64,000 nt of DNA from Candidatus Sungiibacteriota bacterium (GTDB taxonomy: Bacteria; Patescibacteriota; Minisyncoccia; Sungbacterales; HO2-52-23). The notes under the pieces were generated by a model that made no database searches, was not told the DNA's origin, and worked only from the letters and a program-made list of their open reading frames with translations. Below, in pieces: positions 19,403 to 28,438 of the stretch. Position numbers and translations under genes: made by a program. The stretch spans positions 8,152 to 72,151 of the forward strand of contig JACOYX010000015.1 in assembly GCA_016181585.1 (NCBI GenBank). Direction: 5' to 3'. Numbering within the stretch: the first letter of the stretch is position 1; every line of letters begins with the position of its first letter.

Positions 19403-19914
19403 AAACCTTTTTCATTTTAATCAGTATAGCGTGTGCATTTTTAATTGAAAGTGCTCTAGCAAGAATTTTGCCGGTTATCACCTTTGCTCCACCGCTCACT
19501 CTGCTTACTGTTTTTTATTGGCTGTGGCACGGAGAGAAAAAAGATTACTTGGCGATTATCGCGTCAGCCGGATTTTTTTTGGAGAGCGTGTCACTGTTTT
19601 TCCCAGGAAGTTATGTTGTGGTATTATTGACATTGAGTTTTTTTACTCCGGTATTGAAGCGCTATGCGGCCAATCAGGGCTCTTTACGGGTTCAGACTGC
19701 GGTATTCGCACTTTTTCTTTTTTTTACGGCGACGATTATGGATCTTTATATGTTTTTTGCCGGAAAAATATACGGTCTGGATATTCCGGTTGGATGGCGG
19801 CGTACGGAGCTTTTTATGTGGATGGCGGTATGGCCGCTGGTGTATGTGCTTTTTCTTAATTTTATATTAAGGCCTATTGCAGTCACGTGGCCGTTTAGCT
19901 TCATGCGTTACTAA
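19399..19914 (+). CDS. mreD: MreD-like membrane protein
   Basis: 171 aa polytopic protein; 4-nt overlap with mreC; called by synteny. Confidence 0.55.
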   Translation: MKTFFILISIACAFLIESALARILPVITFAPPLTLLTVFYWLWHGEKKDYLAIIASAGFFLESVSLFFPGSYVVVLLTLSFFTPVLKRYAANQGSLRVQTAVFALFLFFTATIMDLYMFFAGKIYGLDIPVGWRRTELFMWMAVWPLVYVLFLNFILRPIAVTWPFSFMRY

Positions 19915-19923
19915 ATTTATTCC

Positions 19924-21894
19924 ATGTTTTTCAAAAAACGCTATGCAAAATATTCGCTCGATGCGCATGAGATTTTAGCGGATTCAATGGGGTTTGACTC
20001 ACTTCGATCGCAAGAGTATCTCGAAGGGAAAATTGAGCGGCCTATCGGCCCGCGCGCCCCGCTTGTTTTTATTTTGGCGATCGGTTTGGGGATTTTATAT
20101 CTCGGAGCTGAAGCCGCTTCTCTTCAACTGAAAGAAGGGGGTGATCTTTTTGCAAAATCTCAAGAGAATCGTTTTGTGGTGCGCACTGTTTTCCCGCCGC
20201 GTGGGGTTATATACGACGCGGAACATAAGCCGTTTGTGGACAACGTGCCTTCGCTCGGATTGGTGTTTGAAAAAAATGAATTTATCCGGAGCGGAAAAGC
20301 CGATGTGGAATTTATTGTCAGGGAATTGGGCGTGCTTCTGCATAAGGAAAAAAGTTTTTTTTATGAAATCGGATTTCCGGAAGACGGGGACAAAAGCAAG
20401 CTTCCCCCGAATATTTTTATTGTGCGTGATTTGACACCGGAGGAAGTGGTTGCGATTGCGACGCGGCTCGACGGGCTCCCGGGGGTGAAAGTATATGAAG
20501 GATACCGCCGTGTGTATCGCGAGCCGTATGCATGGTCGCATCTCATTGGATTTATCGGCAAGGTTTCAAAAGAAGACCTTGAAAGAACACCGGAGCTTTC
20601 CCGTGAGGAATTCGTGGGCAAAGGAGGTATTGAGGCGTTTTATGATCCTTTGCTTCGCGGGCAGAGCGGCAAAAAAATAGTTGAAATCGATTCGGCCGGC
20701 AGAGAAACGCGCTATCGCCTGGCGGAAGATCCGAAGGACGGCGATTCGCTGGAACTTACCATAGACAGCGAACTTCAGCGCGTGTCGTATAACTTGCTCC
20801 AAAGTTATACGGAAGGCAGGTTTGGCGCGAGTGTCGTAGTTTTAGATCCGAAAACCGGAGCGGTTCGTGCGCTTTTGAGCTATCCCGGATTTGATTCCAA
20901 TAAATTTGGATTAAATCTTACTAAAAAGGAATTTGATGCGACTATTGAAAATTCGCTTCAGCCGCTGTTTAATCGAGCCGTTAGCGGAGAATTTCCTTCG
21001 GGATCGGTGCTGAAACCTATGGTTGCGGCGGCGGCATTGGAAGAGCATCTGATAGATCCCAAAAAGAAAATTTATGATGACGGCGCACTTAAAATTCCGA
21101 ACCCTTACAAACCCGGCGAGTTTTCTATTTTCAAAGATTGGCGCGCGCACGGTTGGGTGGATTTTTATGATGCCATTGCTTTTTCCGCAAACGTGTATTT
21201 TTATATGATCGGTGGCGGATATGGCGATCAAAAAGGACTCGGCATACAAAAGCTGAAAGAATACGCTTTGCGCTTCGGTCTTGGCGTAAAATCAGGGATC
21301 GATATTCCCGGAGAAAAAAGTGGTTTTTTCCCCGACCCCGATTCAAAGGCAAAACAAGAACCCAATGACCCGACTTGGCGGATTGGTGATACTTATAATA
21401 CTTCAATTGGGCAGGGCGGAGTGAAAGTAACTCCTCTACAGATGGCATCGCTTACGGCGGCGATCGCAAATGGAGGCGTGCTTTATAAACCATTTATTTT
21501 AAACAAAGCGTTGGACGCGGAAGGGAATATTGTGAAAGGCGCCGGAGCTTCCATGGTTCGCGATAATTTGGTGAGCAAAGAAAGCCTGCGGCATGTGGTG
21601 GAAGGAATGCGCCAGACGGTAACCGTGGGTACGGCAAGGCGGCTCGCGAGTTTGCCGGTATCGGCAGGAGCCAAAACCGGTACAGCGCAAGCGGGAGCGG
21701 GAAAACCGCATGCGTGGGTGACGGTATTTGCTCCGCTTGAAAATCCGGAAGTGGTGGCAGTAGTTATGGTGGAGCATGCCGGCGAGGGTTCGACCGTTGC
21801 GGTTCCGATTATGCATGATATACTGGAGTGGTATTTTACGCATAAGAGCGATCAGAAGTTGCCTATTGCGACCTCGACGGATGAAATTCAATAA
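19924..21894 (+). CDS. mrdA: penicillin-binding protein 2 (elongasome transpeptidase)
   Basis: SGSVLKP (SxxK), SAN, KTGTA; N-terminal TM. Confidence 0.9.
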   Translation: MFFKKRYAKYSLDAHEILADSMGFDSLRSQEYLEGKIERPIGPRAPLVFILAIGLGILYLGAEAASLQLKEGGDLFAKSQENRFVVRTVFPPRGVIYDAEHKPFVDNVPSLGLVFEKNEFIRSGKADVEFIVRELGVLLHKEKSFFYEIGFPEDGDKSKLPPNIFIVRDLTPEEVVAIATRLDGLPGVKVYEGYRRVYREPYAWSHLIGFIGKVSKEDLERTPELSREEFVGKGGIEAFYDPLLRGQSGKKIVEIDSAGRETRYRLAEDPKDGDSLELTIDSELQRVSYNLLQSYTEGRFGASVVVLDPKTGAVRALLSYPGFDSNKFGLNLTKKEFDATIENSLQPLFNRAVSGEFPSGSVLKPMVAAAALEEHLIDPKKKIYDDGALKIPNPYKPGEFSIFKDWRAHGWVDFYDAIAFSANVYFYMIGGGYGDQKGLGIQKLKEYALRFGLGVKSGIDIPGEKSGFFPDPDSKAKQEPNDPTWRIGDTYNTSIGQGGVKVTPLQMASLTAAIANGGVLYKPFILNKALDAEGNIVKGAGASMVRDNLVSKESLRHVVEGMRQTVTVGTARRLASLPVSAGAKTGTAQAGAGKPHAWVTVFAPLENPEVVAVVMVEHAGEGSTVAVPIMHDILEWYFTHKSDQKLPIATSTDEIQ

Positions 21895-21930
21895 ACAACT
21901 GTTTGACTTTTATTTTTTAAGTCTGCATAA

Positions 21931-22102
21931 TAGACTTGCTCCCTAATAACAAATCTACTGCAATTCCAGAATTTTGGCTGAGACTTGGTAAAAATTTCTC
22001 GACAGATACCTTGTATATGCCTCGTAATTTTTACCAAGTCTCGCCTAAAATTCTGTCCCGACGCGTCGGGATCGTAACGAATGTTATTAGGGAGCAAGTC
22101 TA
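21931..22102. repeat. F1 composite element, 172 bp
   Basis: TAGACTTGCTCCCTAATAAC + AAATCTACTGCAATTCC ... GTTATTAGGGAGCAAGTCTA. Inner ~30-bp arms CAGAATTTTGGCTGAGACTTGGTAAAAATT / AATTTTTACCAAGTCTCGCCTAAAATTCTG. Confidence 0.85.
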
Positions 22103-22136
22103 ATGAATCTCACCTTTTAATTCTAATTATTTTTTT

Positions 22137-22589
22137 ATGGAATATGTATCCGAAGAAGGGTTAAGCAAGCTTAAGCAGGAGCTGAACGAATTAAAAACGG
22201 CGCGGCGCAAAGATATCGCAGTGCGCCTGGAGCACGCAAAGTCGCTGGGAGATTTGTCGGAAAACGCGGAGTACCAAGAGGCAAAAGAAGAGCAATCGCT
22301 TCTTGAGTCGGAAATTGCGGAGCTTGAAGAGACTATCCGCAATGCGGTGCTCATTCAAAAAACGAATGATACTGATCGCGTAAGAGTGGGTTCCACGATC
22401 AGAGTGAATTCGGTGCATGGTGATGAGACATTTACTATTGTGGGTTCGGAAGAAGCGGATCCGGTGGGAGGGAAAATTTCCAATGAATCGCCCCTCGGCA
22501 AATCTTTCTTAAACAGAAAACCGGGAGACAAAGTTGAAGTAAAAACTCCGGGAGGGCTTACCCTCTATGAAATAGCGGAGATACAGTAG
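22137..22589 (+). CDS. greA: transcription elongation factor GreA
   Basis: LGDLSENAEYQEAKEEQ coiled coil, C-terminal FKBP-like domain. Confidence 0.93.
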   Translation: MEYVSEEGLSKLKQELNELKTARRKDIAVRLEHAKSLGDLSENAEYQEAKEEQSLLESEIAELEETIRNAVLIQKTNDTDRVRVGSTIRVNSVHGDETFTIVGSEEADPVGGKISNESPLGKSFLNRKPGDKVEVKTPGGLTLYEIAEIQ

Positions 22590-22607
22590 ATATACTGACC
22601 ACAGGTT

Positions 22608-22636
22608 AAAACCGCGTCTCTCGACGCGGTTTTATG
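22608..22636 (+). terminator. intrinsic terminator after greA
   Basis: AAAACCGCGTC-TCTC-GACGCGGTTTT. Confidence 0.8.
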
Positions 22637-22677
22637 ATTTATGTTATTGTAATTGAAGCATCTTGAAAGGAGTGAAT

Positions 22678-23862
22678 ATGAAAAAATATCGGCACATTCC
22701 GCATGTTGTTGCGGTACATCAAAAGGAATGGGGCATGATTGATCCGCTAATGGTGATTTCAAATTGTGACCATGGCGGGTGTATATATCAAACCGCGGCG
22801 GATCAAAGAGATAAGATTAAACTGATTTTTGGAAATAAGGTGATGGCGGAAGTCCACTATATGTCCGATAAGAATATTGCTTTATCACCTGACGGTAAAA
22901 AACTCGCTCTTTGTAATATGGATTCGGAACAGAAATATGTCGTGTCGATAAACGGAGAAGTGAAATATGAAGTATTGTCTGATAGTGTATATTCAATTGA
23001 ATGGCTTGATAACGAGCGTCTTGTGTGGCAAGGATGGAATAAATATGAATCCAACCATGATGCCAAAGGCACGCGCTATTTCCTGGACGGCAAAGATGTT
23101 ACCGGAACATTGCGCATGGAGCACTTTTTGGATGAGAGGATGACACGCATGGTTGCGGTTGAAGAAGATGGTATTCAATATGTAATTCGGGCAGATGGCA
23201 GTGTTTCAGAAAAAGTGCCGGCTGGAGCGAATGTACCTCAAGATCATAGTTTTGACGAGTGGAACAGCACACTGTTTAATCGAAAAAACAATGCGGCACC
23301 CAGGACATACTGTAATGAGGATTTAGATAAAATCGAGATTATATTCGATCAAGCAGGCACACTTCAGTTTGATACGATCGGGTATAATCATGGTGTTCAT
23401 TTTATGTTCAATAATGACGGAAGCAAGGTTGCGTGTATTGGCATCAGATATTCGCCTCTTGCCAGGAAAGTGGGCATATTTATAAACAAAGCATTACGCG
23501 ATATGGATGAAAGTAAGTGGTGGAATCATTTATGGGGATGGCCTGCCGCGTTGCTTTTCAATCCGTATTTTGGCCCAGGGCATATCTTGGTGGAATTAAC
23601 CAAACGGTGGTATCCGGTAAATAATGGTCATGTCTGGCAAAAAGGATATATGTTTGCGTACGATCATTTTTATACATCTCTTGATCAGCTTGCAGTGCAA
23701 GTGCAAGAGGGACAAAAATGGCGTGTTGTGATTGATGAGGATGAAGGGCCTTTGTTCGATAGGGTTTATAATCCGCGATGTCTCGATCGAAATGGCCCGA
23801 AACTTTTTTATCTTGGTTTATCCAGCGATACGTTTTATCAAGTAGAAGTGCCGCTTGCATAG
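22678..23862 (+). CDS. hypothetical protein, beta-propeller-like repeats
   Basis: AAAGGAG SD before ATG 22678 (track start 22663). Repeated SPDGKK.A / NNDGSKVA strands; W-rich. No family recognised. Confidence 0.65.
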   Translation: MKKYRHIPHVVAVHQKEWGMIDPLMVISNCDHGGCIYQTAADQRDKIKLIFGNKVMAEVHYMSDKNIALSPDGKKLALCNMDSEQKYVVSINGEVKYEVLSDSVYSIEWLDNERLVWQGWNKYESNHDAKGTRYFLDGKDVTGTLRMEHFLDERMTRMVAVEEDGIQYVIRADGSVSEKVPAGANVPQDHSFDEWNSTLFNRKNNAAPRTYCNEDLDKIEIIFDQAGTLQFDTIGYNHGVHFMFNNDGSKVACIGIRYSPLARKVGIFINKALRDMDESKWWNHLWGWPAALLFNPYFGPGHILVELTKRWYPVNNGHVWQKGYMFAYDHFYTSLDQLAVQVQEGQKWRVVIDEDEGPLFDRVYNPRCLDRNGPKLFYLGLSSDTFYQVEVPLA

Positions 23863-23867
23863 AACGC

Positions 23868-23896
23868 AAACCCGTTTTCAAAACGGGTTTTCTTAA
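23868..23896 (+). terminator. intrinsic terminator
   Basis: AAACCCGTT-TTCAA-AACGGGTTTTCTT. Confidence 0.8.
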
Positions 23897-23904
23897 TATC
23901 TTGT

Positions 23905-23933
23905 TTGCGAATTTCCACATTTTTTTGTATAGT
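23905..23933 (+). promoter_or_regulatory. putative promoter TTGCGA-N17-TATAGT
   Basis: Between terminator 23868..23896 and the lysS ATG. Confidence 0.45.
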
Positions 23934-23942
23934 ATATTCATT

Positions 23943-25400
23943 ATGGCATTTGAAGAGATCCGCAATGAGCGGATAAAAAAACTAGGAATTCTGCGCGAAC
24001 AGGGAATAGATCCCTATCCTTCGGCAGTGGCGCGCACGCACGAAATTGCGGAAGCCATAAAAAAGTTTTCGGCGCTTTCGCGTTCAAAAAAAGCGGCGGT
24101 TATTGCGGGGCGGATAACGGCAAAGCGCGAGCATGGCGGTTCAATGTTTTTGGATATTCAAGATGGCACGGGCGCTCTGCAAGTGTTTTTTAAAGAAGAC
24201 GTTTTGAACGTTGAATACAAACTAGCCGTAGAGACGCTTGATATCGGCGATTTTGTTGAAGTTTCCGGAAAACCGTTTCAAACCAAACGGGGAGAAAAAA
24301 CAATAGAGGCGAGCCAGTGGAAAATGCTTGCAAAATCGTTGCGGCCTTTGCCGGAAAAGTGGCATGGTCTTCAGGATGTGGAAGAGCGTTTTCGCAAGCG
24401 GTATCTGGATTTGGTAATGAGCGAAGATGTTCGCAGGAGATTTACTCTCCGTTCTCTTACCGTGCGTGCAATTCGCAATTTTTTTGATAGTGAAGGATTT
24501 TTGGAAGTGGAAACGCCGCTTCTGCATCCGATTGCCGGCGGGGCGCTCGCCAAGCCTTTTATGACTCACCACAATGCGCTGGATATTGATTTATACTTGC
24601 GCGTGGCGCCGGAACTTTATTTGAAGCGGCTTTTGGTGGGAGGGTTTGATCGGGTATATGAGCTCGGAAAAAGTTTTAGAAACGAAGGGATTGATCCTTC
24701 GCATAATCCTGAATTTACTTCAATTGAGTGGTATGCGGCGTATTGGGACGAAAACAAAATGATGGAAAATGTGGAAGAATGCATGCGCAGTATTTTAAAA
24801 GAGGTGGGGCTGGGGAGCGGGGTTATGTTTGATGGAAAAGAAATTAATTTTGAAAATCCGTTTACGCGGATTGAATTTAAGGAAGTGCTCAAGCGCTATG
24901 CGCTGATTACGGACTATGATCGCGAAACGCGGGATTCGCTCGCGACCCGCGCGCGCCAGCTTGGCGTTGACGCAAAGGCGCACGAATCTAAAGGAAAAAT
25001 TGCGGATGAGATTTATAAAAAAGTATGCCGGCCGTATTTAGTGCAACCCACGTTTATCACGCGCCATCCATTGGATATTTCTCCATTGGCAAAAAAATCG
25101 GAAAAATCGGATGAAGTGCGGCGTTTTCAACTTATTGCGGGGGGACTTGAGATCGTTAATGCATTTGCGGAGCTGAATGATCCGTTGGATCAAAAAAACC
25201 GGCTTGAGGATCAGACGAAAATGAAAGAGGGTGGTGAAGAAGAGACGCATCCTTTCGACGAAGATTTTGTGGAGGCGCTGGAGTATGGGATGCCGCCGGC
25301 GGCCGGTTCCGCAATTGGCATCGATCGCTTAATTATGCTTTTGACGGATACGAAGAATATCAAGGAGGTTATATTATTTCCGACAATGAGGCCGAAATAG
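23943..25400 (+). CDS. lysS: lysyl-tRNA synthetase, class II
   Basis: ORF from 23778; ATG 23943 gives MAFEEIRNERIKKL. OB fold plus class II motifs (FRNEG, GIGIDRL). Confidence 0.95.
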   Translation: MAFEEIRNERIKKLGILREQGIDPYPSAVARTHEIAEAIKKFSALSRSKKAAVIAGRITAKREHGGSMFLDIQDGTGALQVFFKEDVLNVEYKLAVETLDIGDFVEVSGKPFQTKRGEKTIEASQWKMLAKSLRPLPEKWHGLQDVEERFRKRYLDLVMSEDVRRRFTLRSLTVRAIRNFFDSEGFLEVETPLLHPIAGGALAKPFMTHHNALDIDLYLRVAPELYLKRLLVGGFDRVYELGKSFRNEGIDPSHNPEFTSIEWYAAYWDENKMMENVEECMRSILKEVGLGSGVMFDGKEINFENPFTRIEFKEVLKRYALITDYDRETRDSLATRARQLGVDAKAHESKGKIADEIYKKVCRPYLVQPTFITRHPLDISPLAKKSEKSDEVRRFQLIAGGLEIVNAFAELNDPLDQKNRLEDQTKMKEGGEEETHPFDEDFVEALEYGMPPAAGSAIGIDRLIMLLTDTKNIKEVILFPTMRPK

Positions 25401-25409
25401 CATAAAAAT

Positions 25410-25862
25410 ATGAATTCTAAAAAGAAGGAATTTGGAGTATATCAGGTGGGGCAGAAGATTTTACTGCATCGTGCGGACGGCAAGGTTTTGATTTTGCGCT
25501 TAAAAAGCGGCAGATTTGATTTGCCTGGCGGGAGGATAGATAATATAGAATATCGCATGCCGCTTGAGAAAATTTTGGCGCGCGAGATTAGGGAGGAGCT
25601 TGGCGGGGAAGTGAAATATAAACTTGGACCCACGGCATTCCAATATCATTTTCCGCATAAAAACGGAGGGATTTTCCAGACAGTATATGAAGCCGATTAT
25701 TTAGCGGGCGAGATAAAACTTTCCTCCGAACACCGATCGTTTATGTGGGTGAGTCCGGAATCATTTCGTTTCCATCGGAAAGATTTTCCGGTATTTGCAA
25801 CATATCTCGGGTTTAAAAAATATTTTCAAAAATATCATGAAGGAGAAAATACCGCAAAATAA
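25410..25862 (+). CDS. NUDIX hydrolase
   Basis: Nudix box GGRIDNIEYRMPLEKILAREIREELG. Confidence 0.85.
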   Translation: MNSKKKEFGVYQVGQKILLHRADGKVLILRLKSGRFDLPGGRIDNIEYRMPLEKILAREIREELGGEVKYKLGPTAFQYHFPHKNGGIFQTVYEADYLAGEIKLSSEHRSFMWVSPESFRFHRKDFPVFATYLGFKKYFQKYHEGENTAK

Positions 25863-26005
25863 AAAACTGCAAGAGGACACAAGCTTTGAGGAGTTTGTCG
25901 GGCGAGCCGAAATTCATCAGCTTGATAAAGAGATGGGAAAGGAGGAAGGTGGTATATAGTTTAATTTTCCGAGCGGCGAGAAGCGAGCCGCTCGCGGTTA
26001 TCTCT

Positions 26006-27388
26006 ATGTTGGACATAAACTTTATCCGTGAAAATCCGGAAAAAGTAAAAGAAGGGCTCAAAAAAAAAGGAGTCGATATTGACATTGAAAATTTGTTGAA
26101 GCTAGATGAAGCGCGGCGTGAGAAGATCAAAGAAGTCGACGATCTGCGTGCGAAACAAAATGTTATTTCAGAGGAAATTGCCAGGCTTCAGAGAGAGGAG
26201 AGAAATATAAAAATCAATGAATCTAAAGAGCTAAAAAATTTACTGCAAACTGCGGAGCGCGAGCGAAGTCAATTTGAAGAAGAATTTACGGCCGAAATGT
26301 ACAAATTGCCCAATCTTCCTTTTGAAGATGTGCCTGCAGGGAAGGATGAGACAGAAAACATTGTTTTGTGGGAGGATGGTGAAAAACCAGTTTTTTCTTT
26401 TACGCCAAAAGATTATGTCACACTGGGAGAAGAACTTGATTTGATTGATACCAAGCGTGCAGCAAAAATATCTGGTTCGCGATTCGGATATTTAAAGCAC
26501 GAAGCGCCCTTATTGGAATTTGCTCTTGTCCAATATATCATGAAAAATCTCTCAGACCGTGTCTGGGTTCGGGAAGCGTGCAAGTTTGCAAATAATACCA
26601 AAATATTAAATCACCAGAGTATTTATTATAAAGATGCAACACACAGAATATTGCCGGAAGACAAAACTTTTATCCCTTTGGTTCCTCCCGTCATGATTAA
26701 GCCTGAAGTGTTTCGCGCAATGGGCAAACTTGATCCTGGTCAAGAAGAAGAGAGATATTTTATTCCCAAAGATAATCTTTACTTAGTGGGCAGTGCTGAG
26801 CATAGTGTGGGACCTCTTCATATGGATGAAACACTGGACGAAGAAAAGCTTCCTCATCGGCACATCGCGTTTTCTACATCGTTTAGACGGGAAGCCGGAT
26901 CATATGGCAAAGATACCAAGGGAATCTTGCGTGTCCATCAGTTTGATAAACTGGAAATGTTTTCTTATGTGCATCCCGAATTGTCTCGAGTTGAGCATGA
27001 CCTTTTTTTGGCAATTCAGGTTAAACTGATGCGCGAACTCAGGCTTCCTTTTCAAGTTATGTTGATTTGTGCGGGGGATATGGTGTGGACTGATGCCAAA
27101 CAATACGATATCAATACATGGCTTCCCGGGCAAAATGGCGGCAAAGGAGAATATAGAGAAACTCATTCCACTTCAAACTCTACAGATTTTCAAGCTCGGC
27201 GTCTTAACGCAAAATTCCGAAACAGTGATGGGAAAACTCATCTATTGCACACGATAAACGGCACTGCGTTCGCCATTGGGCGGACGATTATCGCCATTCT
27301 TGAAAATTATCAGCAAGCGGACGGCTCGGTAAAAATTCCGGAGGCGCTTCAGCCGTTTATGCATGGTATTAAAGAAATACGGAGATAG
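26006..27388 (+). CDS. serS: seryl-tRNA synthetase
   Basis: ATG 26006 gives canonical MLDINFIRENPE. In-frame GTG 25949 directly behind AGGAGG is an alternative start. Class II motifs. Confidence 0.93.
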   Translation: MLDINFIRENPEKVKEGLKKKGVDIDIENLLKLDEARREKIKEVDDLRAKQNVISEEIARLQREERNIKINESKELKNLLQTAERERSQFEEEFTAEMYKLPNLPFEDVPAGKDETENIVLWEDGEKPVFSFTPKDYVTLGEELDLIDTKRAAKISGSRFGYLKHEAPLLEFALVQYIMKNLSDRVWVREACKFANNTKILNHQSIYYKDATHRILPEDKTFIPLVPPVMIKPEVFRAMGKLDPGQEEERYFIPKDNLYLVGSAEHSVGPLHMDETLDEEKLPHRHIAFSTSFRREAGSYGKDTKGILRVHQFDKLEMFSYVHPELSRVEHDLFLAIQVKLMRELRLPFQVMLICAGDMVWTDAKQYDINTWLPGQNGGKGEYRETHSTSNSTDFQARRLNAKFRNSDGKTHLLHTINGTAFAIGRTIIAILENYQQADGSVKIPEALQPFMHGIKEIRR

Positions 27389-28354
27389 ATGAATATTATC
27401 CAAAAAATCAAAGATACATTGAAGTCCCCACACAAACCGAGTGTGGGGTTTTATGAAACAGCGCAAAAATATACGGTAAGTTTTTCCGCTGAAATCCGCA
27501 ACAATGATTCCGAAGAGCGTTCTTGCCGCATTGTGTTTCCTATTCCATTTTCCGATGCTTTTCAGGAATGCGGGGATGTGCTTTTTTTTCCGCAGGGAAA
27601 TGTTCGTGCGCACGATCCTGTGCACAATAACACCTATGCCTATTGGAAGATACTCCTTGCGCCTAAAAATACGGCAGTGATCCGGGAAAATTTTGAAGTG
27701 CTCGCGCGTCCGCGCCGTATCGCGTTTGATGAGGTGAGGGGTACACTTGAGGATTATGCCGCGTTTGATCAAACTCTTGTCGGGCGCCATATGCACAGCA
27801 ATCGATTTGTTAGCGGCGAAGATGAAAGGATTAAAAAAATTGCAGGCGCGATTGCGGGTAGCGAAAAAAATATCGCAAAAATAATCACCAGCATAAACAA
27901 ATACACCATTTCTCGGTTGTTTTATGGAAACCCTATCAAGGGACTTTATTCCTTTTCGGATGCGCTGGAGAAAGAAAAAGTGGATTGCGGCGGTTTTGAT
28001 ACTCTGCTGGTCTCTCTTCTCATAGCGGCAGGGGTTCCTGCACGCGTGGTCTCCGGATTTTTTGCCGGATATCCTGGAAACTCCATGCATGCATGGGCTG
28101 AAGCCTTGCTTCCGGACGGAAGGTGGTTTCCGCTTGATCCTTCAATAGAAAAATTATCGGGTGAAAAGAAAACCAAAAAATCCGGAAGGGCTGGCTTTAC
28201 GGGAAGCGATCGCATAGCGCTTTCGGTGGGCTGTGATATACGGATTATTGTCGATGGCGTTGAGCATCAAATTGATATTTTGCAAAACCCCGTTATTTTT
28301 GCGGATGGCAGGGAAAAAGATTTTTCGCTACGCGTTAATTTTTCTACGCAATAG
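27389..28354 (+). CDS. transglutaminase-like cysteine protease superfamily protein
   Basis: Cys-His-Asp core: VDCGGF, SMHAWAE, FPLDPS. The TAG stop lies inside repeat 28352..28425. Confidence 0.8.
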   Translation: MNIIQKIKDTLKSPHKPSVGFYETAQKYTVSFSAEIRNNDSEERSCRIVFPIPFSDAFQECGDVLFFPQGNVRAHDPVHNNTYAYWKILLAPKNTAVIRENFEVLARPRRIAFDEVRGTLEDYAAFDQTLVGRHMHSNRFVSGEDERIKKIAGAIAGSEKNIAKIITSINKYTISRLFYGNPIKGLYSFSDALEKEKVDCGGFDTLLVSLLIAAGVPARVVSGFFAGYPGNSMHAWAEALLPDGRWFPLDPSIEKLSGEKKTKKSGRAGFTGSDRIALSVGCDIRIIVDGVEHQIDILQNPVIFADGREKDFSLRVNFSTQ

Positions 28355-28425
28355 ATCCGTCCCCTAATAACAAATCTACTGCAATTCCGGAATTTCGTAA
28401 CGAAAGTTATTAGGGGGCAGGTCTA
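28352..28425. repeat. F1 minimal unit, 74 bp
   Basis: TAGATCCGTCCCCTAATAAC AAATCTACTGC AATTCCGGAATT TCGTAACGAAA GTTATTAGGGGGCAGGTCTA. Its first TAG is the stop codon of CDS 27389..28354. Confidence 0.85.
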
Positions 28426-28438
28426 ATCAAAACAGTAA

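Noticed and set aside
25863-26005. T-box riboswitch upstream of serS (the GGTGGTA resembles the T-box GGUGGUACC).
   Set aside because: Only 140 nt. No ACCGCG continuation, no recognisable Stem I/specifier loop and no terminator/antiterminator alternative.
28352-28425. Integron attC site interpretation of the F1 units (CTAATAAC / GTTATTAG resemble inverse-core/core).
   Set aside because: The sequences do not fit RYYYAAC / GTTRRRY. There is no intI, no cassette array, and the copies are scattered between housekeeping genes.
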